A stretch of 64,000 bases of DNA from Laetmonice hystrix (GCA_965235115.1 OZ249447.1:20274001-20338000), one strand, 5' to 3'; shown: positions 12,441 to 26,367, numbered from the stretch's first letter. Notes: generated by a model not told the origin, from the sequence alone. A program made the numbers and translations.

Positions 12441-14254
12441 TGATTGTGGCTGTTAAGAGTTGTGGTTTATAAATACAATTCATCAGCACACACATATATA
12501 TATGAAAGATGTATGTATCCTCTGCAAGTCTCAGCATGGCAGGGAGCTTTGAGTGATCCATAGTCTGAACTACACCGCTGTCAGGCTCACTGCAAACTGC
12601 AGACAATGAATGGCTGCATGTATCACTGAGTGAGGAGCGTGAGGCTGGCAGGCTGGCAGGCTGGCAGGGAGTGACACTGACAGCTTACATACAGCACGGC
12701 GGCCGACTGTCACCGGGGCACATTGAGAGAATGTCACTGACAGTCTTCAGCGGGTCCGAGGAGGCGCGCCAGTTCCGGGGGAAGGGGAGAGCACAGGTGC
12801 TCTGCTCCTCCTCGAGCACCACCAGGACGAGGAGCATGGCCTCCTGTGTCTAGTTCTCCTCCAGATGGGATGTTGACATGTCCGGCCGTTATCGGTCCGG
12901 CCCGCGCACTCCTCCATTATAGCTTGTCTACACATTTGTTGAACCAGCCACCAAGGGACGCAGGCCGGAAGTGATGCGCCATTAGTCGTTCTCCCAGACC
13001 TTAGCAACCACAATTGGATGATGGACGCCGTGGCCTCCAAGGCCTGGGGTCAAAGCCACAGAGCGAAAGGTCTTTAAAGGTCATTAGCTCCAGAACTAAT
13101 CCGGGGACGGAAAACCAGTGATTGCGAAATCTTTTTGTTTTTGTTTAAGATTTAAAAGGGAAAGCGTAGTTGGATTGTGGTGCTGCTGATGGCTGAGGGC
13201 GTAGTTGTAGTGTAGTTATAGTACGGTCAGTAAGTTCGATCACGTTGGTACAGCCCTTGTGGACCAAGGTCATCAGGGACATCCATCTCTACTTGTCATT
13301 GTCCTTCAGGATCACTTGGTTTCTTTGATGTGGCAGCTGCACCGGAAGTGATGAGGCTAGAACTCGCTCAGGTGTTTTCACGCGGGATCTCTGCTAAATT
13401 CGCGACATGAAATATAGATACGCAGATGGAGGCTGCCTGTGTTGTTTGGAATTATATTTCCTGAATTGTTAAAATAAAGGCCCAGTTTAGAATCTGAACT
13501 GAACTGAGGCTCAATTTGAAAGTGTTACACAGCGCAACTCTTTCAGGTTCTCACGTTATATTTCTCGCGGGCATGGGTATCCTGTCACAGAGTCCGATCG
13601 CTGTTCACCATTCACTTGGTATTTTACAGTGAGGTTAGCATGTGAAACATGCACATCCACAGGCAGCTTGTGATGGCTGTCTTATGATATGTAAATCCTT
13701 CTGATAAAGCCGAGAAGGTTGGCCCAAAATGGCTGAAATCCCCCCAGTGAGGGCTAATACAGGCAAGCTCTCGCTGAGGTTTTTTCCCCCCTTTAGCGTG
13801 TCGAGATTGGCGGCAAACTGCGAACCCCAGAAGGCCTTATCGACGTCACCTGTCACTGTGAAGTGGCCGATCAAACGGCCGTTATACAGGAGTGAAGTCG
13901 GTTGTAAGTAACACGATTGCTGCCACCGGCTGACACAGGCAAGGGGTGGCAGAGGCCACTTAATTGAATGGATCAGACCGTAATTGAAAAGGAATGTGTC
14001 TGTGACGAAGGGAGTTATCTGATCCCGCTGGTTTGACCCTTGTTGGACCTGCGCCGCCGCCGCCGGCGTGTCTCTCTCTGGGTTGAGGCCGAACCCAAAA
14101 TTGGCCTCCTAATAAGAAGGGTGGCAAGGATCCGGGGTGAAGGGCGGCGTGTCCGGATATGGCACGGGTGGGGGTGGGGGTAAAGGTGTGGCATTGGCGA
14201 GAGTATGGCCTCAATATGGCACCAGTTGTAAGGCTTCTTGAAGTGGCAAAGACT

Positions 14255-14520
14255 GGAGCATGTCGCCAGCATGGCACGGGGGAAGGTCGTGCTGAGGTAG
14301 CAGTAATGTGGTTGACTGGAGCATGGCACGGGGAAGGTCGTGATTGACTGGGGTATGTCGCCAGTATGGCACGGGGAAGGTCGTGTTAAGGTACCAGTAA
14401 TGTGGTTGACTGGAGCATGGCACAGGGAAGGTAAGGCACCAGTAATGTGGTTGTAACTGTTCTGTAGCAGTGGCATAGGCCCCTTGTGTATGTCGCAAGT
14501 ATAGCACAGGGAAGGTAGTG
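14255..14520. repeat. degenerate tandem repeat (gcatggcacggggaaggtcgtg...cagtaatgtggttg)
   Basis: Motif recurs ~5 times with variable spacing. Confidence 0.6.
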
Positions 14521-16849
14521 CCAATGCCTCCAGGATTGCCACAAATAGGGGTATGCACTAAATATGGCGTATTTTGTAGTATGTGTCACTGTGTTGGGGT
14601 GAGGGGGGTGGCTTTATGTAGGGGGTAGAGTTCATAACAGGCGGTTTTGGCGCACTGCGTGCAGCAGGGGATCTTGGATTTAGTACGTGAGATTAGAGGG
14701 CGGTTAAGCCCCCCAAATCCTCCCAATCGTGGGATCCAAGACTGCAAACGTCTATTGGATGTTTTACAAGGTCGTTGGCCTATATAGGAGTAGAGGATTA
14801 CCGACACTTTCTATACGGGACGTTTTGCGAGAACGGTGCAGAGTATGCCGCCAGTATAGATGGCGCAAGTTGGACACAGGTGGGTTGGGTGTTGGCGCAG
14901 AGGACGTCCTAAGTAATGGCACAAGGACTGTTGTCGAAACAGTTGTGTCCAGTCCTGTGAGGGTCAGTCCCAAGCCAAGGTGACCTTGTTGTCCTGGTTA
15001 TTTTCAAGAAGAACTAGTTATGTGTGTAAAGCGGAAAGTGTCAGGACCGAGTTGTATAGACAATATGACGAGTGCCGTCAGTGTGCTGGATGCTGCGGCC
15101 TCGGCCGGTGGCTGAGAGTGGAGAGAGAGGCAGGCGGTATATAACCATCATCAGTATGAATAGTTTAGGAGGCAACAAGAAAGGTTTCTCCCTGACGTAT
15201 GGCCATTGGCAGCCACATGAGGCAAACAAACGATAAATACCCATCAATTACCCATGTTTTTCTGAATTACCTTTTCTGTGTATTCACCGCAGAACTGCTT
15301 GATGGTAATTTGTCAGCCGATCTGTGCAGTGTTTGCGACCATCAGTAAGAGAGGTTGCCTCCACAATTAGTGATTGCAAGTCGTATCTCCGTGGCGACCG
15401 CTCTCTAGTGAATGTTCCGTGCGGGTTACTGGTGACCTCATGTAAAAAAAACCCTTGCAGGTAATTATCATTAGATACTGCCTGAACACAGCTGCGAGTT
15501 CACTCTAACCAGACTTTGCGATTTTTAACCAGTATTTGTATTCAGTAGGAAACTTGATTAAGCGTTTGTGTTTGGTTTGTAATGGCGGCGGGATGAATTG
15601 TTGATGCGACCCGCCATATTGTTTCCATCCGCGTGGATTACTCCCGGCTCGAGGCTAAAGCCCCTTATGGAATAGAGTAATAGGATGTCGCCTCATAACC
15701 CACGTGGAACGGTAAAACTTCGGGCATTTAAGAGCAGAGATGGGCAGAAAAAAGGGAATTAATGGTGTACAAGGCTGAAAAAAAGTTTGCTTCTATGGCT
15801 GTGCCGGTAGCTATGTGGCTGCGCGCAGTAGGTCTTTCTGTCTCACTGGTTTGGTTGGCATCCGCTCGAACGCTGAAATGGTAGGAGGCGTTTTCTATTC
15901 CAGATTTAGGCGACTCTGAAAGGGATTCGCAGACTTGTTAGATAATACATCGGTTAGCACTTACTGTTTCCAGGCAAACAGCATCTGGTAATATTGTGAG
16001 AGAAAATCTTTAAAAAAAAATATTGTGTTTTCCTAATGAGAGATAGTATCCGGATTTAAAGTGGTGGTAATGCTCCCATTTAAATCTTACAGCAAGAACG
16101 GGAACAGTAGAACCAAATGTCATTTCGAAGTATTTTTGTTGAGAAAATACTATTGTACGGTTTACAAGAGCTGCTTGGAAAGAGAAGTGGGAAAATGCAA
16201 CCTTGATGAAATATGTGCGAGGGAGGACCGAGTGTGATAAAGGAGACTGGGGGTCAGCCTGTTATCCGACATAAAACTGATAGCAGTTAATCACAGCGTC
16301 ACAGACAGATATAAAACTCGGTGCCACCAGTGGTCCCCAGTGGAAGGAGCGGGGTCCACTTTAATCTGACCAGTCTCCCGGTTGACCAAGCCGGTCAGCC
16401 CGTCAGTCTGCCGGCCGTGTCGGCCCCTGTCTGCCTACCACCGACCGGGGCCTGATTAGGACAAGGGTGCTCGGGGCTGCAGTGGAAAGATGCACTTCTG
16501 CCGTGACGCCATCGAGAGCGCGCCCATAGTGGCAACCAACCGTCCTTGGACGAAGCTGTCAACTTTAATCACAGACCTGGCTGACAGGGTTTGGTCGAGC
16601 ATCCCAACTGGGAATCGGTCCCCCTTCCCATTTCTGAACTATGACCTGATCTTTTGACTCCCACTTAGTGGGCTGGAGTCGGGAAATAGGGGGCTTGGTC
16701 TGCCGTCACTTTTCTAATAGGTGTAGAGGTGGGTGGGGTGTGGGGGTATGGGAGGGGGGTAAGTTGTCAATAGTGGGGTGAACTTCGAATTCATGTACAA
16801 GTCCAAGCAGGTAGGCTAGGGATAAACTAAAAACGATCAGATTTCGAAA

Positions 16850-17050
16850 GATAATGTTCGGCGCATTTTCACCCTTGAAAGAGTTCGAATCGTCCCACCC
16901 ATCCACCCAGCGTCCCCAACTGGGTTAACAAAGGCGTTTGCCTCTGTGCCCAGTGTTTCAAGTTAAAGAACCCTTGCCACCCATTGGTAAGAGTACGGAC
17001 CTGGTCCGGTGTTTGGGTTTCTCATGTATCATCTCAATATCATCATTAGC
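16850..17050 (+). mobile_element. possible tRNA-derived SINE remnant
   Basis: B-box-like GTTCGAATC at 16883-16891, followed by ccacccagc...aactgggttaac and gttaaagaacccttgcc, which resemble invertebrate SINE cores as I recall them; no database check. Confidence 0.3.
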
Positions 17051-20000
17051 AGACAGGAAAAATTAAAATATATTTGTTGTTGTCCTGAAGATGGCCAACA
17101 TTTACTGGAACTCGCAAAAGATGAGCACGAGGTGCGTTCAGCAGCAGGTAGCGTCAAAAAACGTTAGGAAACGCACCTCAGGAAACAATATGGCCGACAC
17201 AGGGCGACAACCGACAAGTGTGGCAGTGGTATGGAGTCAGAATGTTACAAAACCGGAGGATATCGGCATAAAAGGGCCGGCCACGTGACTTCAGGCTACT
17301 TGTCTGTCGTCGTGCGCACCCCGAACACGTCACGAATCCTCGAGGGCACGCACAGCGCCGCCAAGTGGCCAGCGTTTGCCGACGCCGAATCCCTTTGATG
17401 TTGGCAGAGACGATCCTTTTGTGACGACCAAACAATAAGCACCTGGACAAATCATATTTCTGACGGAGCGCCGAACAAGAAACGTGCCATCAACGACACG
17501 TACATTTTTCTGAGCAATGATTTTTTCACAGCCAAACTGTTTGAGATTTGTTGATGATGAAACCAAAAGAACATTGCTGCTGAAGAAAGCTGAGGGAGTA
17601 AAATCCTAAACAGATCCTCAGATGGTCGTGTCTCCGGAGTGAAAAGGTGGCCGTGTTACTGTTGAGATTCGTAAAATGCGTTAGATCAGAAATATAACTC
17701 AAAGTCCTTGAGGAGGAAGCCACCTTCAGAGCGGTGGCACATGGCGCCGGCGGATCAGGCAGACTACCGGCTCGCCACAGCCTCCAGCGGCAAATGGATT
17801 TCTGATCCATCAAGTGTGAAAATCCAGCGTGGGATTCAAGGTTGGAGTGAGGGCCTGCGAGGATAGGGGTGGGGGTGCAAAGCCCCCACACCCTCATCCC
17901 TTCTTGCCGATCTACCACAGGTGCTCAAGTTCTCGCGTGGGCAAGATTGCAGCAACGATTGCAGCAACGATTGCAGCACCGGTGGCAGCGAATTCCGTGG
18001 TGAGCAAAGATTTGAATTCGGTGTCTGTGAAGGCTTTCGGTCTGATGCCCCTGCCAGTAGAGGGGCGCCCAGCCTGGTGGGCCTCGAAGCCTCTCGGTTA
18101 CCGTGACAGTCACACTGTTCAACTCGAGTTTGCTCACCAAGCAAAACGACGATAAATGAAAAACAATCGGCAAACATTGGTTGGAGCTAATTAAAAGGAC
18201 TGCAATTCGAGTCTTGACATTAGTGCTGGCCTTGAACTCTGAATTAATGAAAGCAGTAGTGCGGCTGTCTAGCTCAGATAAGACGAGGGAGAAATCGTGC
18301 TTAATTTATAGCCTTGTTACCTGATTGCTGTAGTTGCTAATTATCGTCGGGAGAAAGTTGCACCTGATCCTCATCTGTAGCAGCAGCAGCAGGAGAAATT
18401 AGCTGCGGCGGTCGGTGTATATAGCAGATATTAACGAACCAAGGAAGTAGCCGACGTGCGCCATTTAGGCGAAATTTGACTAAATGATCCTTACTGATGC
18501 TCATATCGCATGTGTCTACCGGGATTCATACATAATTTGTACTACTAATAAACGTTTTGGCCCTCCGCAGGTCATGTTTAAAACTGGTGTATATATAGGC
18601 AGAGGCAGAGCTGACAGGTTGCCACCGAATGTATGTGCCCAACCAAAAATGCAACCGATTTTCAAAATACTTTTAAGGTATGATAAAGTATTTTCACCAG
18701 TTTTGCTACTCAACTGCATGCGGTACCAGCCTGGGCATTGTGTGATGTACAATCAGTGAAGGCAACCGAGAAGTATGACATGATCCTTTTCTCTGTTCCA
18801 ACCAAGTCGTACCCAGTTCAGTCAGTAGGGGTTCAGAGCGCATGGGAATCACGTGCCGTAGTGTTTGGATACAAGACAGAGGCGGGGTTGGGGGTATGAA
18901 GTACCACGCTAGGCCAGACTGGGGTTATTAGTATTTCACGGAGTCCTCCAAGGTCGGCGCCCATTCCTGGCACGTTGGTAACCCAGAGGCCGGAGCGGCC
19001 CACAAGACCGCCACCAATCGGCCCGTTATGCCAACAGTCCACTGGAAGGCGGCGCCTGCTCAGGCAATGCGATCTCAGCAAACAGAAACATCCGAGAACG
19101 CCAACACCGCAAGGACAATGGGTCATATTATCTCTACGGGACAGGGTTTCTCAAACAACGGACAAGTGGGAAAGGTGGACAAAGATCGCGAGACATTTTG
19201 TTGTTGATAGAAAGACATTTTGTTGTTGATAGAAACGGTCTGCATGATAGATGGCTGGTATAAATGGTGGTAAGGGAAGGGGCGGGGGCGCGGCGCAGAT
19301 GGCTGCGGCAACAGGTTGTTGTGTGTGGAGGGCAGAGAAAGGAGGGTGAGAAATGGTTATGGTTACAAAGACTAATGGCGACAGCAATAACCTTGCCATG
19401 CTGTTTTATCAGGGGAACAGAATAGGCGTCAGAATGGGCCAGTGATATGTTAGTGATATCTCTGGGTATCCAAGTATGAATGACGTAGCCGACGTCTTTA
19501 ACATCAGAAAACCCGTACAGATACTGCAGTGACGGCGTTTCCGCGGAATCCTTGCACAGATTAAAGGAAATGGCCAAACACCATGAAAAGAAACTATATT
19601 TTTTTATCAAGTACAAGAAATCCTTTTTTGTCAGTTGATTTGTAAAATCATGCTGTGTTGTTCAGGCGGACAACGTATCTTAATTTCCATGTGAAGTAGT
19701 GGGTAGCTGTCTCAGTGGAGTCCCGTTCCGGATTGTCCCACTTGACCTTCTGACCCATCCCGGGCCGGGGTGTATCGGTGGGCAGGACTGTGAACGAATC
19801 TCCCGTTGACCACCACTCCGCCGCTCCTTACCAGGCGCGTTGCTACTGTTGCTCCTGATTGCCACATTTGGAATTTGTGCCAGGGCACGAAGCGCCCGTA
19901 TTAGGCCCGCCAGCTGGCCAGCGATCTGCATTTGTCGTCATGTCTGTCCATGTAAATGAGCGTCCTCAAGCCGACTCCCCTGGCCAGATTGCTCCGCGCC

Positions 20001-22404
20001 AGGCCCCCATTGACTCAGCTACCCGGTCCTGATTTGTCAACTGCTTCCCCTGCGCCCAGTGTAATGAGACAGGACCTCAGCATATGCTCAGGCACTTTGG
20101 GGGCAGGGGACCCGCCTGACAATCCAATTTACACTCCCACCCCCTCCGCGACCACGGGAGGTCAGTATGGAAAGCAATTCATTTGAGGAGTGCTATGAAA
20201 GGGAAGTGGTCAGTGGGGACAGTGACTGGGCGGCTGGTAGAGATGAGGGGATGGAATGAACAGGATTCTGTTAGCAATGGTGGCCATGGCTCGACGCCAT
20301 GATGAAGCAACAGTCGTAGATATGTTAACGTGATAGGGAACATATATTATACGAGTGAAGGTTAAAGAAAAGTGTTTTGGTATTTAAAGGTTAAATCCTG
20401 TAATAATACAGAGTTACTGGAAGACAGACATTTAATTAAAGTCGCGTGCGGTTTGTCTGGAAGCCGGGAAGACATGCGTTCTGTGGTATGCGTCCAAAAT
20501 GTGGAAACAAGTATGCCGTCGACATACATCATGATTGAATTTGATGATTAGAAATGGTGGTGCTCGTAATATCAAAAGATCTAAGTAGACAAGTAAAGTA
20601 GTTTTACATCCTCGATATCCACCTGTTTCTCGTAGTTTTGAGACTGTAATAACATGAGGCAGAGACTGTGCAGATAGTGGGGCCTCCCGAGTCAGGCTCG
20701 TGTAGAGCGAGGTCCATGAGGAACCATTGGGAGACCGTACCAGGATGGTACAGTCTACAGCAGTGCGGGCCGCCCAGGTTCATGTATAGCTAACATGGAC
20801 CACCCCCAACCCCCGCCCCGTGAGACCTCCCCACACATGATGCGTTGTCACCTTGATCAACTACAACATTCATGGAGTCTGACGGCGGGAAATTGGCAGG
20901 AGTACCTGGCGGCACGCAGGAAATAGCTGTGTATATTTCATATTGATTGGCATGGACGAACCCTGTCAGCCCAGTCGCCGTCCCAGCCGGCGATGAAATT
21001 GACACGGTGACATTGCCTCGCAGATATGACCACTTGCACGAGAGCAGATAGCAGGGAGGTAAATTAAATCTTGAGCCTGCAGACACAGACAATGACAGGC
21101 GATAGAAGGAGGCCCAGGCTGACACCAACCCGGTGGGACCGGCAACAGTGGCTGGTACCGCCCGACCCGACTACAGGTACTGCCCGTCTGGTGGGTCCTG
21201 GCCCAGTGCAGGCCTTGCCCCGGCCAACCTGAGGGCTATCAGTCGGTCGGATAATTCGCCGATCTCACAGCCCTGTTACCCCCACCCCCCACCCTCGGGT
21301 GATAGCTATGCAAAGAGCTCGGTTTGGTTAGCAATAGATAGCGGGTCTTGGTCTTCCTGTTTGGGGACCATTGGTCTAAATCACTTGAGTTAACTTGAGG
21401 AATCGCACATGGTTCCATTTATGAAATGTATTTTTTCTCGGTGCATAAAACAACTTTTCTTAGTGAGGAGTTATAAATTAGTTAGAAAGAAAATAATGTT
21501 CTTTATAAGATAAAATGAAGATGCGATGTCTTATCAACAGGAATGTGATATGTTGCCAACACATTATGTTGCCAGTAAAGATGCCAGTAAATTGTAGCCT
21601 TTTAGCACAGACTATTGCCACATTCTCTGATTCCATTTGCGCCCTGCATACTTCCACCACAATTCTACTTTAGAAAGAACGTGGCAGCAAGCAGGTGGTC
21701 GATGCACGAGTGGATTAACTATGATCCACAGTCGAGTGTTCTCAGCGGTCAGTTACTGTAGGGTTGGGATGGGGGTGGGGGGGGGGGGTTGTGGAGGACA
21801 TGAGGCCCGGTACACCTGTCTGGACAGGGAAATTACCCCCCTGCACTCCAGACCGAACGCGGTAATTGCCAGCGGGTATGGGGAAATAGACTAGGGAAAT
21901 AGAGGAAGCTGGGCAGTGCAGGATGATCAGGGGTCAGCACCAACAAACCAATACATTTTACATCGTTGCTGTTGGTTGAAGGCCAATAGGGCATATTTTA
22001 CTGGGTCTACGAGGAGGGACTCTACGTACATTGTGGCCCATTCCTAGGGCGGTAAGGTTTAACAGATATTGATGCTTCTCGTGCTAATGGCCCGCTTAGC
22101 TGATCCTCTTCAAGCCATAGATACCACAGCTGTCTCCACATTGTGTTTTGTTATCATGCTGTGACCACTCACCAACTGTAGTTGGCGTTGGTTCGGCGTC
22201 CGCGAAAAACTTGTTTCCGTCATCACCTGTATGGTTACCACGCCGCGAGTCTGTGATCAGTTATTGGTTAAAAAATTAAGTCATCGACTGATATAAATAT
22301 AGCATTATCTGCATGGTACCACTGCCAGTATAGTCAGTGAACATGAAGGCATTATCCCACATTGTGGTTTTACTAAAGAGCAAAACTCTGGTATTTCAAA
22401 CATT

Positions 22405-23871
22405 AGATGTATGATGTTGTGGTTGTGTTTTTCCGCAGGTTCTCCGGGTGAAGGTTCAGGAGTGCAGTCAGTACATGACATGTGACAGATGTATGATGTT
22501 GTGGTTGTGGTTTTTTCCAGGTTCTCCGGGTGAAGGTTCAGGAGTGCAGTCAGTACATGACATGTGACAGATGTATGATGTTGTCGTTATGTTTTCCTCT
22601 AGGTTCTCCGGGTGAAGGTTCAGGAGTGCAGTCAGTACATGACATGTGACAGATGTATGATGTTGTCGTTATGTTTTCCTCTAGGTTCTCCGGGTGAAGG
22701 TTCAGGAGTGCAGTCAGTACATGACATGTGACAGATGTATGATGTTGTGGTTGTGTTTTTCTCCAGGTTCTCCGGGTGAAGGTTCAGGAGTGCAGTCAGT
22801 ACATGACATGTGACAGATGTATGATGTTGTGGTTGTGTTTTTCTCCAGGTTCTCCGGGTGAAGGTTCAGGAGTGCAGTCAGTACATGACATGTGACAGAT
22901 GTATGATGTTGTGGTTGTGTTTTCCTCCAGGTTCTCCGGGTGAAGGTTCAGGAGTGCAGTCAGTACATGACATGTGACAGATGTATGATATTGTAATTGT
23001 TGTTTTTTCTAGGTTCTCCGGGTGAAGGTTCAGGAATGCAGTCAGTACATGACATGTGACAGATGTATGATGTTGTGGTTGTTGTTTTTTCCAGGTTCTC
23101 CGGGTGAAGGTTCAGGAGTGCAGTCAGTACATGACATGTGACAGATGTATGATGTTGTGGTTGTGTTTTTCTCCGGGTGAAGGTTCAGGAGTGCAGTCAG
23201 TACACGACATGTGACAGATGTATGATGTTGTCGTTATGTTTTCCTCCAGGTTCTCCGGGTAAAGGTTCAGGAGTGCAGTCAGTACATGACATGTGACAGA
23301 TGTATGATATTGTGGTTGTTGTTTTTTCTAGGTTCTCCGGGTGAAGGTTCAGGAGTGCAGTCAGTACATGACATGTGACAGATGTATGATGTTGTGGTTA
23401 TGTTTTCCTCCAGGTTCTCCGGGTAAAGGTTCAGGAGTGCAGTCAGTACATGACATGTGACAGATGTATGATATTGTGGTTGTTGTTTTTTCTAGGTTCT
23501 CCGGGTGAAGGTTCAGGAGTGCAGTCAGTACATGACATGTGACAGATGTATGATGTTGTGGTTATGTTTTCCTCCAGGTTCTCCGGGTGAAGGTTCAGGA
23601 GTGCAGTCAGTACATGACATGTGACAGATGTATGATATTGTGGTTGTTGTTTTTTCTAGGTTCTCCGGGTGAAGGTTCAGGAGTGCAGTCAGTACATGAC
23701 ATGTGACAGATGTATGATATTGTGGTTGTTGTTTTTTCTAGGTTCTCCGGGTGAAGGTTCAGGAGTGCAGTCAGTACATGACATGTGACAGATGTATGAT
23801 GTTGTGGTTGTGTTTTTCCCCAGGTTCTCCGGGTGAAGGTTCAGGAGTGCAGTCAGTACATGACATGTGAC
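22405..23871 (+). repeat. 82-bp tandem array, 18 copies; unit = last 34 nt of intron (with acceptor AG) + first 48 nt of the PSI1 exon
   Basis: Exon-start copies at 22439, 22521 ... 23742, 23824; the copy near 23170 has lost its AG by deletion. Confidence 0.95.
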
Positions 23872-23924
23872 GAGTGTCTCGGTGCCAAGGATCCGTTCTG
23901 TGGGTGGTGCGTCCTCGAGAAAAA
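23824..23924 (+). CDS. PlexA: Plexin-A exon, PSI1 start ([33 protein letters not shown]), phase 0-2
   Basis: ttttccccag|GTT ... AA|gtgagc; PSI signature C..C..C....DPxCGWC. Confidence 0.92.
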
Positions 23925-24918
23925 GTGAGCATCCTTGATCTTACTACATGAAAGACATCTGTGCGGATCTCATGAATTAATTCCTTGGATCCGGCAGATA
24001 GCATTGTGGCTTTGACCAGTCAGTGTAAACGTCTTATAAAACATATGTTTAGCTTTGATATTTTAATGTTTATTGTCTATAGTCGACAGGAAAGTGAGTG
24101 CCATGGTTTTGATATTTAGGAACACGTTCTCGCAGTGACCATCCTCTTGTCTTTGATTTTTGATTTAAATCCGACAACGACAAATGTTGGGATTGTGGAG
24201 TGCTTTTAGAACGATGGAATATGGTTTGAAGTTGAGAGTCTGCATTGATGTGGGACAGGAAAGCTGAAAACGTTAGAAATGGGCGACGGAAATCCATGGA
24301 ATTCAAACATGTGTTTCTGACCGCAGGGGAAGGAAGTTGGAGAAGGTGACTTAGTTCACTGTGTCTGCTCCTTGGCTCAAAAAGAAACAGAACATTAAAA
24401 GCTCAGTTAACTTATTTACAGGAAGAGGGAATTATAAAAAAAGAGAATCGACAGGCTGAAGCAATGGCAAGGTCGTCTCCATTAGGACTTCAAGGAACAC
24501 TTAAAAATGTCCATTTGGTGACTTAACAAGGTGGCTTAGGCCAAAAAACGGACCATGGAGAATTATCTTTGTGTTTTAAGCCACAACTAATTGCAGGAAG
24601 GTGTTCCTAGAGAAAGACTTCCAGATCAATAGGACATTTTAAGAGACCATTTGCCATTTGCTTTCAATATTTTGCGAAAGAAAATTCACTTATATCACTT
24701 CAGAGAAAACGCCTGGGGATTTCGAATTGTTTTTGTTTGAATAGTTTACTTTTTGCCACGATAAAAGATTGAATTGATTTAAACGTCAATCTAATCAGTC
24801 AATCTCCGAGCCGCCTCGTTGATTAGTTGATAATGGTAAATAGGATTTGAGGCGTACCCCAGGCGGGGGGTTGTTTTCACTAGGTTGTTTATAAACGTTG
24901 TTGTGTTTTAATCAAAAG

Positions 24919-25051
24919 GTGCGGTAAGAAGACTGAGTGTGAGAACTCGGACCATTCCCGCAGATGGCTCCCCTACAGTGGCACCCAGTGTACCAGTATA
25001 CAGAACATCATACCGCCTCAGGTTCAGATCAAGCCAAACGCCGTGTCGAGG
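24919..25051 (+). CDS. PlexA: Plexin-A exon, PSI1 end (CGKKTECENSDHSRRWLPYSGTQCTSIQNIIPPQVQIKPNAVSR), phase 2-0
   Basis: tcaaaag|G ... AGG|gtaagt; frame-compatible with both neighbours. Confidence 0.9.
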
Positions 25052-25129
25052 GTAAGTCAGACTACGGCAAGTTAGGTGTAGTAGGCTTTGCCGCTTCATC
25101 GAACTGGACAAGTAACGCATGATTACTAG

Positions 25130-25433
25130 CAGGGTTTCCGCCAGAAAAAAAATTAGGGTACGGACCAGAGGAGGGGTTAGGGTTAGGCTAACCCTAACCC
25201 CTCCTCTGGTAACTGCTGTTACAGATATGTGAATTAATCAAATAAAGACTGCATATACTGTACAACATTATATTTGATTCCTTCAAGTTGCTCAAGGCAT
25301 CATGATCATCACTCAGGTTTTTATCACTTAATGGAGAAATGGTTACCCAACGATTTTCTGGGTACGGATCCGTACCCTGGGAAAATTTTAGGGTACGGAA
25401 TTTTACCCATTTTACCCTCTGACGGAAACCCTG
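25130..25433. mobile_element. MITE-like element with CAGGGTTTCCGYCAGA terminal inverted repeats (hAT-like termini)
   Basis: cagggtttccgccaga at 25130 and tctgacggaaaccctg ending 25433; no clean 8-bp TSD. Confidence 0.55.
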
Positions 25434-26367
25434 ACTCGTGAAAGAATAAAAAAAGATAAAATGTTTGAAAGCGTTGAAAATATATTGCATCAGGGTAGAG
25501 TTGTGCTTGGAGAGGTCAGATATTAATATAATTATATCAAAGATAAGATGATAGAAGGAAGCGCTAAGGGGCCAGGGGACATTTATCAGTGTCGCCATTT
25601 CCAAGAAGTATTACCGTAAGTCCGGAGAAAAGATGGGCCAGCTGACATGAATGATGAGTGGGAGATAATGGGGAGATGGCTGATCTCAGTAATCCGGCAT
25701 TGGTCATTGGTTGGACGGCGCCCAGCCTCCTGTGGGGGCTCCGTGAACGACTTTAAACAGGGAGGAGGGGGGAGGGGGGACACTGACGGCGCCACAAGAT
25801 GGAGGGGCAGAAAGACATTGAATCCAAAGGGGGATTCCCGCGAGTGTTTCATCTTTCATGGTAGCGAGCTGTGTCGTGTTTGGGAACTCATCCATTTGGA
25901 GCGGACCGGAGGATGCGGTCCCGTAGGACTGGTCCGACTGGTCTCCCTGTGTCACCCACCCACCCACCCCCGCTGAGCCTGGCATGGTCCAGAGGAAGTT
26001 TAGTCACCTCATTGCCCAGGAACTATTCTCATGGGTGTCTGTTCTCCTCTGGGTTTGAACAACTTCTGAAGCGGGGATTGGGAGAGAAGACAAGGTTTTG
26101 GGTTCAGAGAGAGCGATATTAGGAGAACGCACCTGGTTGTTGATCTGTGGCGGGGAAACCGAGGCCACGCTAAGGGAACGTGAAAAGGAGTTTTGTTACG
26201 TTCGCTTGTCTAAAAGAACTTTGAAGGGTTATTTTGGCCAGGGGCCTTAGTTGGAGTAATCGGTGATGAAGTTCAAATAACTAGATTAGAATGTAGATAG
26301 GCTTCAGAACTGTTGCCATGTCGTTTGGGTGTGCCCGATGTTAAGTGGATTTTGTGTTTGTGTTCAG

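Noticed and set aside
16883-16891. B-box as evidence of a tRNA gene
   Set aside because: No cloverleaf or acceptor stem found; kept only as a low-confidence SINE remnant.
18990-19060. ARYANSPL, similar to the C-terminal motif of L2/CR1-group LINE ORF2
   Set aside because: Too short, and no adjacent RT/endonuclease frames were recognisable.
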